This document shows, piece after piece, positions 17,678 to 27,867 of a stretch of 64,000 bases of DNA; the stretch's first letter is position 1; each line of letters starts with the position of its first letter. Origin of the DNA: an uncultured Gaiellaceae bacterium (GTDB lineage: Bacteria; Actinomycetota; Thermoleophilia; Gaiellales; Gaiellaceae); NCBI GenBank assembly GCA_963734975.1, contig CAVTJQ010000020.1, positions 113,119-177,118 of the forward strand. The letters are read 5' to 3'. The notes below the pieces were generated by a model. That model had not been told where the DNA came from, ran no database searches, and saw nothing but the letters and a program-made list of their open reading frames with translations. Both the position numbers and the translations under genes were made by a program.

Positions 17678-20600
17678 TCAGGGTCGCAGGACGGCGCGGC
17701 GAGGGCCGGCCAGGAAGCCGGCCTCGACGAGCAGCGGCATGATCTCCGTCTCGATCACCGGTCTGCCGTCGAAGCGCTCGACGGCGAGCCGCTTCGGCTT
17801 GCCGCCGGTCACGGACGCGCCGCGCACGTGCGCGACCAGCGCCTCGATCGCCGGCCGCAGCCACGTCTCGTCGGGCTCGCGGAGCGGCACGAGCGTGCGG
17901 CCGCCGCGCTCGACGAAGAGCGCCGCCTCGCCACCGAGCAGGACGACCTGGGCACCGGCGACGCGTGCCGCCCGCGCACCGGCGCGCCTCGGCCACGGCA
18001 GCGCTGCGCCGTAGGGCTGCGCCGGGTCGGCGGCAGCGAGCACGAGCGGCTCCTCGTCGTCGCCGTCCCGGCCGCGCAGCTCGCGCAGTCGCTCGACCGC
18101 GCCGGCAAGCGCGAACTGGGCGCCGCCGAGCCCTTCGACGAAGTAGCCGCGGCGGCACACGCCGATCGTCTCCAGATCCTTCAGCTCGCCGTAGACCGCG
18201 CCGTAGCCGCCGGGGATGCCCTCGCCGCGGACGCCGTCGCGCGTGACGATCCCCTGCCGCTCGAGCAGGAGCTCGGCGAGCGCGCGCCGGTCGACCCCTT
18301 GTGACTCTGTGTCACCTGCGAACAGCCGCCCGGTGAGCGACCAACGTCCCTGGGTGGAGGTGATCGCGGCGGCGCGGCTGCGCGAGAAGCGCCGCGGGCG
18401 ACCTCGTGACACGGTGTTACGAGGCGTCGCGTAGCGGCGCCCGGCGCGCAGCGGCGTCCACGCGTCGTTCGTCACCTCGCCCGCCCAGACGAGCTCCCAG
18501 AGCGCCGGCAGCGCCGCCTCGGGCTCGAGCTCGGCGGCCTCGACGAGCGGATACCAGAACTCGGCGCTGCCGGTGAGCACCCGGCGGATCGCATCAGCCT
18601 CCTCGCTCTCGGGGGAAGGCGCGCCCGCGGGCTGCCCGAGCAACGGCGCGTCCTCGCGGAAGTAGAGCGCCACACGATCGAGCCCGGCGCCGACCCAGAC
18701 GACCTCGCCCGACGCACAGAGGGCGTCGAGCCAGGCAGGCTGATAGTTGGGCACGCGCCGCGGCAGCACCTCGGACTCCCAGAGCGAGACGGGGAGCGCG
18801 AGCCCCTGGAGCGGGACGAGCGCCTCGCGCAGGCTCGCCCGCCGGTCGATGCCGTGCCAGGCGGGCAGGAAGCGACCGAGCGCAGCCTGCTCCGCCGGCT
18901 CGACTTCCCGGCGCAGCGCGGCGAGCGAGGCCCGTCGCAGGCGCCGCAGCACCTCGGGATCGCACCACTCGCGCTCGGTGCCTCCCGGTCGGAGCTCGCC
19001 GCGTACGAGCGAGTTGTCCCGTTCGAGAGCGTGCAGGAGGTCGGCCACGTCGACGCCGAAGTGCTCGTTGGCCTGCGCGCGTCGTGAACGGCCCTCGGCC
19101 CTTCGCGAAGCGAAGCACGAGCTGGCGCAGCGAGTCGGGCCCGCCCTCGAGGAAGGCCTCGGGCAGCCCGCCGGGCGGCATCACGCCGAGCGCGTCGCGG
19201 TAGCGGCCCGCGTCCTCGGCGGCGAGCAGCCGCGCCTCGCCTGCGAGCCTGATCTCGAGCGCCCGTCGCTCGGCGACGAGCACCGCCGCGAACGCCTCGT
19301 CGTACTCGCCGGGGCGAAGGTCGCCGCGACGGCGCAGCACGTCGTGCAGCTCGTCGGGGTCGCGCGGGCTGCCGCGGAGCTGCGCCTCCACGTCGGCGAG
19401 CGCATCCGCGTCGATCAGCTCGCGCAGCTCCTCCTGCCCCAGCAGCTCCCGCAGCAGATCGCGGTCGAGCGAAAGTGCCTGCGCGCGCCGCTCGGCCGGC
19501 GGCGTGTCGTCCTCGTACATGTACGTCGCGACGTAGTCGAAGAGGAGCGACGAGGCGAACGGCGAGGCCGACACGGTCTCGACGTCGACGAGGTCGAGCT
19601 CGCGCGTCTGCAGCCCACGCAGGATCTGCTTCAGCGCGGGCAGGTCGAAGACGTCCTGGAGACACTCGCGGTAGGTCTCGAGCACGATCGGGAACGAGCC
19701 GTATTTTCTGGCTACCTGCAACAGCCCTTGTGCCTTCAGACGCTGCTGCCAGAGCGGCGTGCGCTGACCCGGGCGGCGGCGCGGGATCAGCAGGGCGCGG
19801 GAGGCGTTCTCGCGGAAGCGCGCGCCGAAGAGCGCAGTCTGCCCCACCTCGTTGACGACCAGCTCCTCGATCTCGTCGGGTGGGATCAGCAGGTCGGCAA
19901 CCGGCGGCAGCGCGTCGGTGTCCGGCAGGTGGAGCGCGATCCCGTCGTCCGACCAGATCGACTGCACCTCGATCCCGAGCGCGTCCCGCAGGCGGGCCGC
20001 GAGCGCCATCCCCCAGGGCGCGTGCACCCGGCCACCGAACGGCGTCAGGATGCAGACGCGCCAGTCGCCGATCTCGTCACGGAAGCGCTCGACCACGATC
20101 GTCCGGTCGGATGGCACCACGCCGGTGGCTGTCTGCTGCTCGCGCGAGATACGTGAGCAGGTTCGCGGCTGCCCGCTCGTCGAGGTGGTACTCGTCGCGC
20201 AGCCGAGCGAGGCCGACGTCGTGGCTCAGAGCCGACAAGCTCCCTCGAAGCCGCGCCGATCTTCTCGCCCAGCTCGTACGGCCGGCCGACGCCCTCGCCC
20301 TTCCAGAACGGGACGGCGCCGGGAACGCCCGGCGCGGGCGAGACGAGCACGCGGTCGCGCGTGATCTCCTCGATCCGCCAGCTGGAGGCGCCGAGCAGGA
20401 ACGTCTGACCCTGTCGCGCCTCGTAGACCATCTCCTCGTCGAGCTCGCCGACGCGCCCTCCGCCGTCCACGAGGTGGACGCCGAAGAGGCCGCGATCGGG
20501 GATCGTGCCCGCGTTCGTGACGGCGAGCCGGCGAGCGCCGGTGCGGCCTCGGATCACGCCCGCGGTGCGATCCCAGACGATCCGCGGCCGCAGCTCGGCG

Positions 20601-21940
20601 AACTCGTCGGAGGGATAGCGGCCGGCGAGCATGTCGAGCACGTTCTCGAGCTGCTCGCGCGAGAGGTCGGAGAAGTTGTAGGCGCCGCGGACGAGCCGGT
20701 GCAGGTCGTCGACCTCGATCTCGTCGTCGGCGGCGATCGCGACGATCTGCTGCGCGAGCACGTCGAGCGGGTTGCGCAGGATCGATGTCTCCTCGATCGC
20801 GCCGTCGCGCATCGCGCGCGCGACGACCGCGCACTCGAGCAGGTCGGCGCGGAACTTGGGGAAGATGCGGCCCTTCGAGACCGACGCGAGGTCGTGGCCG
20901 GCGCGGCCGATCCGCTGCAGGCCCCGTGCGACCGACTTCGGGCTCTCGACCTGGATCACGAGGTCGACGGCGCCCATGTCGATCCCGAGCTCGAGGCTGG
21001 AGGTCGCGACGAGGCACGGGATCTGCCCCGCCTTCAGCAGCTCCTCGATCTCGACCCGCTGCTCGCGCGCGAGCGAGCCGTGGTGGGCGCGCGCCAGAAC
21101 TTCTTCCGCGAGCTCGTTCAGCCGCAGCGCGAGCCGCTCGGCGAGCCGGCGGTTGTTGACGAAGACGATCGTCGAGCGATGCGCGCGGACGAGCGCCAGC
21201 AGCTCGGGGTAGATGGAGGGCCAGATCGAGTTGCCGCTCTCGTCGCCGGGCTCGCGCATGTCCTCGACCGGCACGACGACCTCGAGGTCGAGCTCCTTGC
21301 GCGTGCCCGCGTCGACGAGCTGGATCGGGCGGTCACCGCTGACGAACCGGCCGATCTCCTCGAGCGGGCGCTGGGTCGCCGACAGGCCGATGCGTTGCAT
21401 CGGTGCCGGCAGAAGCTGGTCGAGCCGCTCCAGGCTGACCGCGAGATGGGCGCCGCGCTTCGTTCCCGCGACCGCATGCACCTCGTCGACGATCAGCGTC
21501 TCGATCGTGCCCAGGATCGAGCGGGCCTGCGAGGTCAGCATCAGGAAGAGCGACTCTGGCGTCGTGATCAGGATGTCGGGCGGCGTGCGCACGATCGCCG
21601 CCCGCTCCTTCTGCGAGGTGTCGCCCGTGCGGACGGCCACGCGGAGCTCGGAGCGGAGACCGGCGAGCGGCCCGCGCAGGTTCCGCTCGATGTCGTAGTT
21701 CAACGCCTTCAGCGGCGAGACGTAGAGCAGCCGGAGACCCTCGCCCGGGTTCTGGGTCAGCCGGTCGATCCCGTAGAGGAAGGCGGCGAGCGTCTTGCCC
21801 GATCCCGTCGGCGCCTGGATCAGGACGTTGCCTCCGGTCGCGATCGCGGGCCAGCCGGCGACCTGCGCGGGGGTCGGGCCGGCGAACGCCCGCTCGAACC
21901 ATTCGCGCGTCCGGGGCGAGAACGGCGCGAGCGGATCCAT
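17678..21940 (-). CDS. lhr: Lhr-type large ATP-dependent DEAD/DEAH helicase, split over four frames by three apparent +1 frameshifts
   Basis: Track ORFs 20045..21967, 18594..20120 and 17678..19048 are consecutive Lhr segments. They carry QAPTGSGKTLAAFL, DEVH, VATSSLELGIDMG, then VVPSDRTIVVERFRDEIGDWRVCILTPFGGRVHAPWG, then DLLHALERDNSLVRGELRPGG. A short middle frame gives HDVGLARLRDEYHLDERAAANLLTYL. The junctions are near 20221-20230, 20139-20148 and 19074-19084. Confidence 0.85.
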
Positions 21941-22012
21941 GCTCACAGGGTACCCCTCGCCCGCCACCGTCCTTCGCGGACGTGTCTGGGGTCTGACCCC
22001 GGACGTGGCCGG

Positions 22013-22174
22013 TCAGGCCAGGAGGTACGCGACGAACGCGATCGTCAGGACGACCGCGACGAGCGTGCCGACGACGAGATGCATGCCGCCCCAGACGAGC
22101 CACGGTGTGCGCTCGCTGCGGCCGCGCTCCGCCTCCTGCACGAGCTCCTCGGTCTTCTCGATCGGTTCGGGCAT
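22013..22174 (-). CDS. Possible 53-aa single-TM membrane protein upstream of lhr
   Basis: Not in the track because it is shorter than 60 aa. Manual translation gives MPEPIEKTEELVQEAERGRSERTPWLVWGGMHLVVGTLVAVVLTIAFVAYLLA. G/C dominates the third codon position, but there is no clear SD. Confidence 0.3.
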   Translation of the reverse strand: MPEPIEKTEELVQEAERGRSERTPWLVWGGMHLVVGTLVAVVLTIAFVAYLLA

Positions 22175-22209
22175 GAGGTCGGAGTACCCGGCGGCGGTAG
22201 GATCGAAGC

Positions 22210-22765
22210 ATGGCCGACGTGCTCCACTTCACCGGGCAACGAGGAAGCGGACGCGCTGATCGCGCGCGACCCGCTCGCACTGCTGATCGGCTTCGCGCTC
22301 GACCAGCAGGTGACGGTGCCGACGGCGTTCCTCGGCCCGCTCAAGCTGCAGCAGCGGCTGGGCCGGCTCGACGCGGCCGAGATCGCGGCGCTCGACCCCG
22401 ACCGGCTCGACTCCGTCTTCCGCGAGAAGCCGGCGATCCACCGCTTCCCGGGCAACATGGCGAAGCGCGTGCAGGAACTGGCGGCAGTCGTCGCCGAGGA
22501 GTACGGCGGCGACGCCGCGCGGGTCTGGCGCGACGCAGCCGACAGCGACGATCTGAAGCGGCGGATCGAGGGACTCCCCGGCTTCGGCGAGATGAAGGTG
22601 AAGGCGCTCGCCTCGGTGCTCGCAAGCGGTTCGGCGCTCGACCTGGCGGAGCCGCTCGTCCCGGATCATCCGATGCTCGGCGACGTCGACTCGCCCGAGG
22701 CTCTCGCCGAGTACCAGGCCGCGAAGCGCGCGTACAAGGCCTCGCTCCGCGCAGCCCAAGGGTGA
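22210..22765 (+). CDS. HhH-GPD family base-excision-repair-type protein; apparent +1 frameshift at codon ~9 (22233-22238)
   Basis: ATG 22210 gives MADVLHFTG. The next frame gives NEEADALIARDPLALLIGFALDQQVTVPTAFLGP...GLPGFGEMKVKAL (helix-hairpin-helix), which is the tail of shadow ORF 19880..22765. Confidence 0.75.
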
Positions 22766-23596
22766 CCTACTCTCTCGTCGCACGCGACCCGCGAGACGGG
22801 AGAGCTCGGCGTCGCGGTGCAGAGCCGCTCCTTCGGCACCGGCGCCGCGGTCCCGTGGGCGCAGGCCGGAGTCGGTGCCGTGGCGACACAGTCATTCACG
22901 CAGCGCAGCTACGGGCCGCTCGGGCTCCAGCTGCTGAAGGAGGGCGCTCCACCCGGCGCCGCGCTCGAGCAGCTCGTGGCCGCGGATGCCCAGCGTGACT
23001 TCCGGCAGGTCGCCTTCGTCGACGCGCAAGGACGGACGGCATCGCACACGGGTGACGCCTGTATCCCGGCCGCCGGCTCGCTCGCGGGCGACGGCTTCTC
23101 GGCGCAGGGGAACATGCTCCGCTCGGACGACGTCGTGCCCGCGCTCGCGGACGGATTCTCTCGCGCCGAGGGCTCGCTCGCGGAGCGACTCCTCGCGGGG
23201 CTCGACGCCGCAGAGGCGGGGGGCGGAGACTTCCGGGGCCGAGAGGCAGGCGCGGTGCTGGTCGTCCCGGCCGAAGGAGACGCGCTCGAGCGGGTCATCG
23301 ACCTGCGCGTGGACAATCACCGCGACCCACTCGGCGAGCTCCGCCGCCTGCTTGGGGAGGCGCAGGCGCTGCGCCGGCTGCGGCGAGCCGCACAGGACGA
23401 GCTCGACGACGCGCTGGAGGAGGCGCGCGCGGCCGGGGTCGACGACGACGTCGCGCGCTGGGTCGCCGCCGTCACGCTCAGCGGCACCGATCGCGAGCGT
23501 GCGGACGCGCTGCTCGCGCCGCTCGTAGCCGAAGACGACCGCTGGCGTGTGGCACTCGACGTCGCCGCGGACCTCGTCCGCCAGGTCGATGGCTGA
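22762..23596 (+). CDS. DUF1028-like (Ntn-hydrolase fold) protein; apparent +1 frameshift near 22788-22795
   Basis: The GTG overlaps the upstream stop (GTGA). VTYSLVARDP is followed in the next frame by ETGELGVAVQSRSFGTGAAVPWAQAGVGAVATQSF... (track ORF 22817..23596). Confidence 0.75.
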
Positions 23597-24644
23597 CCTC
23601 GACGTCCGGCTCTACCGCGACGGCGGGCAGAGCCCGCTCGACGTCGCCCGCCAGGTGGCGGAGTTCTTCGGCGCGGCCGAGCGCACGCTCGACCTCGCGC
23701 TGTACGACATCCGCCTGCACGACGAGGCGGCCGAGCTCGTGAAGGGCGCGTTCGTCGCCGCCCACGAGCGCGGCGTGCGCGTCCGGCTCGTCTACAACGC
23801 GGACGACCACCGCGGCCCGATCCCGGTGCCGCCGCCGCCGCGAACCGAGCCCGAGCTGCTGAACCTCCTGCCGATCGAGACGAAGCCGATCCCGGGCGAG
23901 CCCGACCTGATGCACCACAAGTACGTGATCCGGGATGCCGAGGCGGTGTGGACGGGGTCGATGAACTGGACCGACGACTCGTGGTCGCGGCAGGAGAACG
24001 TGATCGTCGTCGCCGGGTCGCCGCAGCTTGCACACGCGTTCGCGCTCAACTTCGAGGAGCTCTGGGAGGGCGGGCTCGTCGAGCTCTCCGGCAAGGTGGA
24101 GCCGCGGCCGGTCGACGTCGGCGGCGTGCAGGTGCGACCGTGGTTCACGCCCGGGCACGGCGAGGAGCTGGCGCACCGGATCGCGAAGCGGATCGGACAG
24201 GCGCGGAAGCGCGTGCGGATCGCCTCGCCGGTGCTCACGTCCGGCCCGATCCTCGGCACGCTCGCGGAGGTCTGCTCGGAGCGTCGGGTCGACGTCGCCG
24301 GCGTGATCGACGACACGCAGATCGACGGCGTCCTCTACCAGTGGCGCCAGAACGGCAACGCGAGCTGGAAGGTGCCGGCGCTGCGGCGGCTGCTCGAAGC
24401 TGCGTCGTGGTCGGGGAAGCCGTCGACGACCTGGGCGCCCGACACGGTGCACGACTTCATGCACGCGAAGATCACGGTCGCCGACGACGTCTCGTTCGTC
24501 GGCAGCTTCAACCTCTCGCGCTCGGGCGAGCTGAACGCGGAGAACGTGCTCGAGCTCCACGACGCCGCGATCGCAGACCGGCTCGCCGCGTTCGTCGACG
24601 AGATCCGCGCGCTCTATCCCGCGGTGACGCTCCCACCTGAATAG
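23589..24644 (+). CDS. Phospholipase D superfamily protein with two HKD motifs
   Basis: ATG 23589 overlaps the upstream stop (ATGGCTGA). The HKD motifs are HHKYVIRD...GSMNWT and HAKITVADD...GSFNLS. Confidence 0.85.
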   Translation: MADLDVRLYRDGGQSPLDVARQVAEFFGAAERTLDLALYDIRLHDEAAELVKGAFVAAHERGVRVRLVYNADDHRGPIPVPPPPRTEPELLNLLPIETKPIPGEPDLMHHKYVIRDAEAVWTGSMNWTDDSWSRQENVIVVAGSPQLAHAFALNFEELWEGGLVELSGKVEPRPVDVGGVQVRPWFTPGHGEELAHRIAKRIGQARKRVRIASPVLTSGPILGTLAEVCSERRVDVAGVIDDTQIDGVLYQWRQNGNASWKVPALRRLLEAASWSGKPSTTWAPDTVHDFMHAKITVADDVSFVGSFNLSRSGELNAENVLELHDAAIADRLAAFVDEIRALYPAVTLPPE

Positions 24645-24671
24645 GGCACGCAGCCGTCTGCGGGCCGCCTA

Positions 24672-25605
24672 GTGTGCCGGCACGTGAGGCACGCCGCCGC
24701 CCTCGCCCTGCTCTGCCTCCTCGCCGTCGGCGCCGCCTCGGCGTCGCGCCTGCCGGGTGCGCCCGCCTGTCAGGTCCTGCCCGAAGACGAATGCGTGGAA
24801 CCAGCGCGTCGACGCGCTGCCCCGCGCGGCCGACTCCGACCGCATCGTCGCCGCGATCGGCGCCGACGACCACATGCACGCCGACTTCGGCTCGGGGCTC
24901 TGGGAGGGCGGCCCGATCGGCATCCCGATCACCGTCGTCCGCGGCGCGCAGCCGAAGGTGCGGGTCGCCTTCGAGTACGCCTCCGAGTCGGACAAGGGCC
25001 CGTACCCGATCCCCGCAAACGTCGCGATCGAGGGCGGCCGCCACTCCGACGGCGACCGGCACGCGCTGATCGTCGACCGCGACCGCTGCAAGCTGTACGA
25101 GCTCTTCGCCCTCCAGCCAAAGCCCGGCGGCGGCTGGCGGGCCGGCTCGGGCGCGATCTTCGACCTGCGCTCGAACAAGCTCAGGCCGAAGGGCTGGACG
25201 TCCGCGGACGCGGCCGGCCTGCCGATCCTCCCGGGCCTCGCGCGCTACGAGGACGTGGCCCGCGGACGGATCGACCACGCGCTGCGCTTCACCGTCTCGC
25301 GCACGCGGCGCGCCTACGTCTGGCCCGCGCGCCACTTCGCGAGCGACCTCACCGATCCGTCCCTGCCGCCGATGGGGCTGCGCTTCCGGCTCAAGCGCGG
25401 CTACCCGATCGCAGGCTTCCCGCGCCAGGCCCGCATCGTCCTCCGAGCCCTGAAGGAGTACGGGATGATCCTCGCCGACAACGGCTCGAACTGGTTCGTC
25501 TCGGGCGCGCCGCACCCGAAGTGGTCGAACGACGAGCTGCACACGCTGCACCGCGTCCCCGGGTCGGCCTTCGAGGTCGTCGACGGGACAAGCTTGCGCC
25601 CGTAA
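24672..25605 (+). CDS. Secreted conserved hypothetical protein; apparent +1 frameshift just after the signal peptide (~24775-24795)
   Basis: The signal-like N-terminus VRHAAALALLCLLAVGAASASRLPGAPAC is in the frame of ORF 24672. The mature part NAWNQRVDALPRAADSDRIVAAIG...DHALRFTVSRTRRAYVWPARH... is in ORF 24757..25605. Confidence 0.7.
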
Positions 25606-25631
25606 TGGTCAGGAAGCTGTCAGCGATTCGT

Positions 25632-26007
25632 CTATGAGGACGGGCGCTTCATGAACAGCTCCGTGAAGTCGGCGCAGCGGCCGTCTCCGATCGAAGCGAA
25701 GCAGGAAGACGTTGTGGTACACGCGCGACACCGTGCCGTCCGGCTCGCGGTACGTGCTCGTGCCGACGGCGACCGCCGCGTCGCCGTCCACGGCGAAGCA
25801 CTCGTAGCTCGCATCGAAGCTGCCCGGCGCGTCGGGCTCCTCGAGCCACGACTCGACGACCGCTTCGCGGCCCTCGAGCGGCTCGTCGTAGGGGTGGTAG
25901 CGGTGGCGCACGTCCTCGCTGAAGAGATCGCCGATCTCGCCGCGGTCGCCGCTTTTCCAGGCCGCGACGTACCGCTCGAGCCAGCTCTTTACGTCGGCTC
26001 GTTCCAC
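25632..26007 (-). CDS. SnoaL/NTF2-like fold protein; apparent +1 frameshift near 25686-25693
   Basis: MERADVKSWLERYVAAWKSGDRGEIGDLFSEDV...VYHNVFLLRFD comes from ORF 25609..26007. It continues as GDGRCADFTELFMKRPSS* in ORF 25632..25814. Confidence 0.7.
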
Positions 26008-26019
26008 GTCCTCGAGCCT

Positions 26020-26334
26020 CTAGCAGTCGGCCAGCGCGGCGAGCGCACGGCACAGCTCCTCGCGGCGAGTCGGGCTCAGTCGACCCAGGCGGTGGGTGAG
26101 CGACGACCTCCGGATGGGCTGGGTGTTGTCGAACGATGCCGCGCACGGCTTCGGCAGCCCCTCGTCAGTCCCGAGCCCGAGCTCCGTCGGGATTCCCCGC
26201 ACGTTTGTCGTGACGGGCGCGACGACGAGCCTCGTCAGCACAGGGACAGCCTCGCTGCGCGTGACGATCAGCACCGGACGCCGCTTGTCCTCCGTCTCCG
26301 CCCACCAGATGTCACCCTGGCGCGGCAGACTCAC
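26020..26334 (-). CDS. MazF/PemK-family type II toxin
   Basis: The GTG overlaps the antitoxin stop (GTGA at 26331-26334). The product is VSLPRQGDIWWAETEDKRRPVLIVTRSEAVPVLTRLVVAPVTTNVRGIPTELGLG...ASFDNTQPIRRSSL, the tail of shadow ORF 26020..27810. Confidence 0.8.
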   Translation of the reverse strand: MSLPRQGDIWWAETEDKRRPVLIVTRSEAVPVLTRLVVAPVTTNVRGIPTELGLGTDEGLPKPCAASFDNTQPIRRSSLTHRLGRLSPTRREELCRALAALADC

Positions 26335-26585
26335 CAGGGCTCTTCCGCGATCATCCGTCGCGTGTCCTCGTCCGTCCAGAGCAACTCGTCCTCGGTCTGC
26401 GGCATCCGCTCGTAACCCTCGACGATCGCTTCCCCGATCCGCCGCCGCCGCTCGCGGTCGACCAGCCGCTCGAGGCCGAGCCTGACCGCCTCCGAGCGAG
26501 ACGTGACAACGCCCTCCTCGACGAGGCGGTCGACCTCCAGCGCGAGAGCATCCGGGATGCGCGTCACGAGCTGTGCCACGTGCAC
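26331..26585 (-). CDS. Ribbon-helix-helix (CopG-like) antitoxin
   Basis: 84-aa ORF. MHVAQLVTRIPDALALEVDRLVEEGVVTSRSEAVRLGLERLV is a typical RHH N-terminus and is followed by an acidic tail. Confidence 0.75.
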   Translation of the reverse strand: MHVAQLVTRIPDALALEVDRLVEEGVVTSRSEAVRLGLERLVDRERRRRIGEAIVEGYERMPQTEDELLWTDEDTRRMIAEEPW

Positions 26586-26633
26586 AGCCTAGCCGAGTGC
26601 ATTGCAGATCGCAATGCACTTCCGGGACATGTC

Positions 26634-27815
26634 TCAGCCGACGCCGGCGAGCAGGAACGCCCGCGTCTCGCGCAGCATCTCGCGCGCGATCACGAGCCGC
26701 TGCACCTCCTGCGTGCCCTCGTAGATCTGCGTGATCTTCGCGTCGCGCATCATCCGCTCGACGGGGTACTCCTTGATGTAGCCGTAGCCACCGAGGATCT
26801 GGACGGCGTCGGTCGTGACGGCCATCGCCGTGTCGCCGCAGGCGAGCTTGGCCTGCGCGGAGGCTTTCGTCAGCTCCGGCCCGTCGCTGCCTGCGTCGGC
26901 CATCTGCCCGAAGCGGTAGAGGAGACCGCGCGCCGCCTCGCAGGCCGTCTCCATGTCGGCGAGCTTCGCCTGGATCAGCTGGTGCTGCGCGATCGGCTTG
27001 CCCATCGTGACACGCTCCTTCGCGTACTCGAGCGCGTAGTCGGTGGCGCCCTGCGCGATCCCGAGCGCCTGCGCCGCGACGCCGGGCCGCGAGCGGTCGA
27101 GGATCCGCATCGCGAGCTTGAAGCCCTCGCCCTCGGCGCCGATCAGGTTCCCGGCCGGGATGCGGCACTCGTCGAAGGCGAGCTCGCCGGTGGTCGAGCC
27201 GCTGATGCCCATCTTCGGCTCGAGCCGCGTCACCTCGAAGCCGGGAGCGTCGGAGGCGACGACGAAGGCTGAGATGCCGGAGTGCCCGGCCTCCGGGTCG
27301 GTCTTGGCGAAGACGGTGTAGAGGCTCGCGACGCCCGCGTTCGTGATGAAGCGCTTGCTCCCGTTCAGGACGTACTCGTCGCCGTCGAGACGAGCGGTGG
27401 TCCGCATCGCGGCCGAGTCGGAGCCCGAGCCGGCCTCCGTCAGCGCGTAGGCGCACAGCTCCTCGCCCGAGGCGAGCTTCGGCAGCCAGCGCTCCTTCTG
27501 CTCCTGCGTGCCGCCGAGCTTCAGCCCCAGTGAGCCCAGCTCCTGCACGGCGAGCAAGAGGCCGCTCGTCGCGCAGACCTTCGAGACCTCCTCGATCGCG
27601 ACGAGCGCGAGCAGCGTGCCGGTACCGGTTCCGCCCCACTCCTCGTCGAAGAGGAGGCCGAAGAGCTCGTGCTCGCGGAAGAGCTCGACGACGTCCCACG
27701 GGAACTCGTGCGACTCGTCGATCTCCGCCGCGCGCGGCGCGACCCGCTCGCGCGCGAGGTCGCGAACGAGCTCCCGGATCTCGCGCTGCTCCTCGGTGAG
27801 GACGTCCCACGGCAC
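26634..27815 (-). CDS. Acyl-CoA dehydrogenase
   Basis: The ORF shows an ACAD layout: LTEEQREIRELVRDLARERVAP, YALTEAGSGSDSAAM, GEGFKLAMRILDRSRPGVAAQALG, QILGGYGYIKEYPVERMMRDAKITQIYEGT. I prefer GTG 27815 (VPWDVLTEEQ) over the track start. Confidence 0.9.
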   Translation of the reverse strand: MPWDVLTEEQREIRELVRDLARERVAPRAAEIDESHEFPWDVVELFREHELFGLLFDEEWGGTGTGTLLALVAIEEVSKVCATSGLLLAVQELGSLGLKLGGTQEQKERWLPKLASGEELCAYALTEAGSGSDSAAMRTTARLDGDEYVLNGSKRFITNAGVASLYTVFAKTDPEAGHSGISAFVVASDAPGFEVTRLEPKMGISGSTTGELAFDECRIPAGNLIGAEGEGFKLAMRILDRSRPGVAAQALGIAQGATDYALEYAKERVTMGKPIAQHQLIQAKLADMETACEAARGLLYRFGQMADAGSDGPELTKASAQAKLACGDTAMAVTTDAVQILGGYGYIKEYPVERMMRDAKITQIYEGTQEVQRLVIAREMLRETRAFLLAGVG

Positions 27816-27867
27816 GTCGCGCAGTCTAGTCCCCGCCGCGTCGAACCTTGCGACTACGCTCGCGTCC

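Noticed and set aside
6651-20148. Idea that frameshifts cluster at GCGCGC (a BssHII-type methylation motif causing systematic base-calling errors)
   Set aside because: Only three to four junctions (6651, 19074, 20139 and perhaps 48361) contain gcgcgc. The others lie in different G/C contexts, so the motif link is not supported by what I can see.
19880-22765. 961-aa + strand ORF
   Set aside because: It is antisense to lhr for about 2.3 kb. Only the last ~175 codons encode the HhH-GPD protein.
26020-27810. 596-aa minus-strand ORF, and similarly 55720..57570 and 51007..52527
   Set aside because: These are out-of-frame readings of the ACAD, CNNM and SDR genes. In each case only the 3'-terminal part is real: the MazF toxin, the cupin and the ADH respectively.
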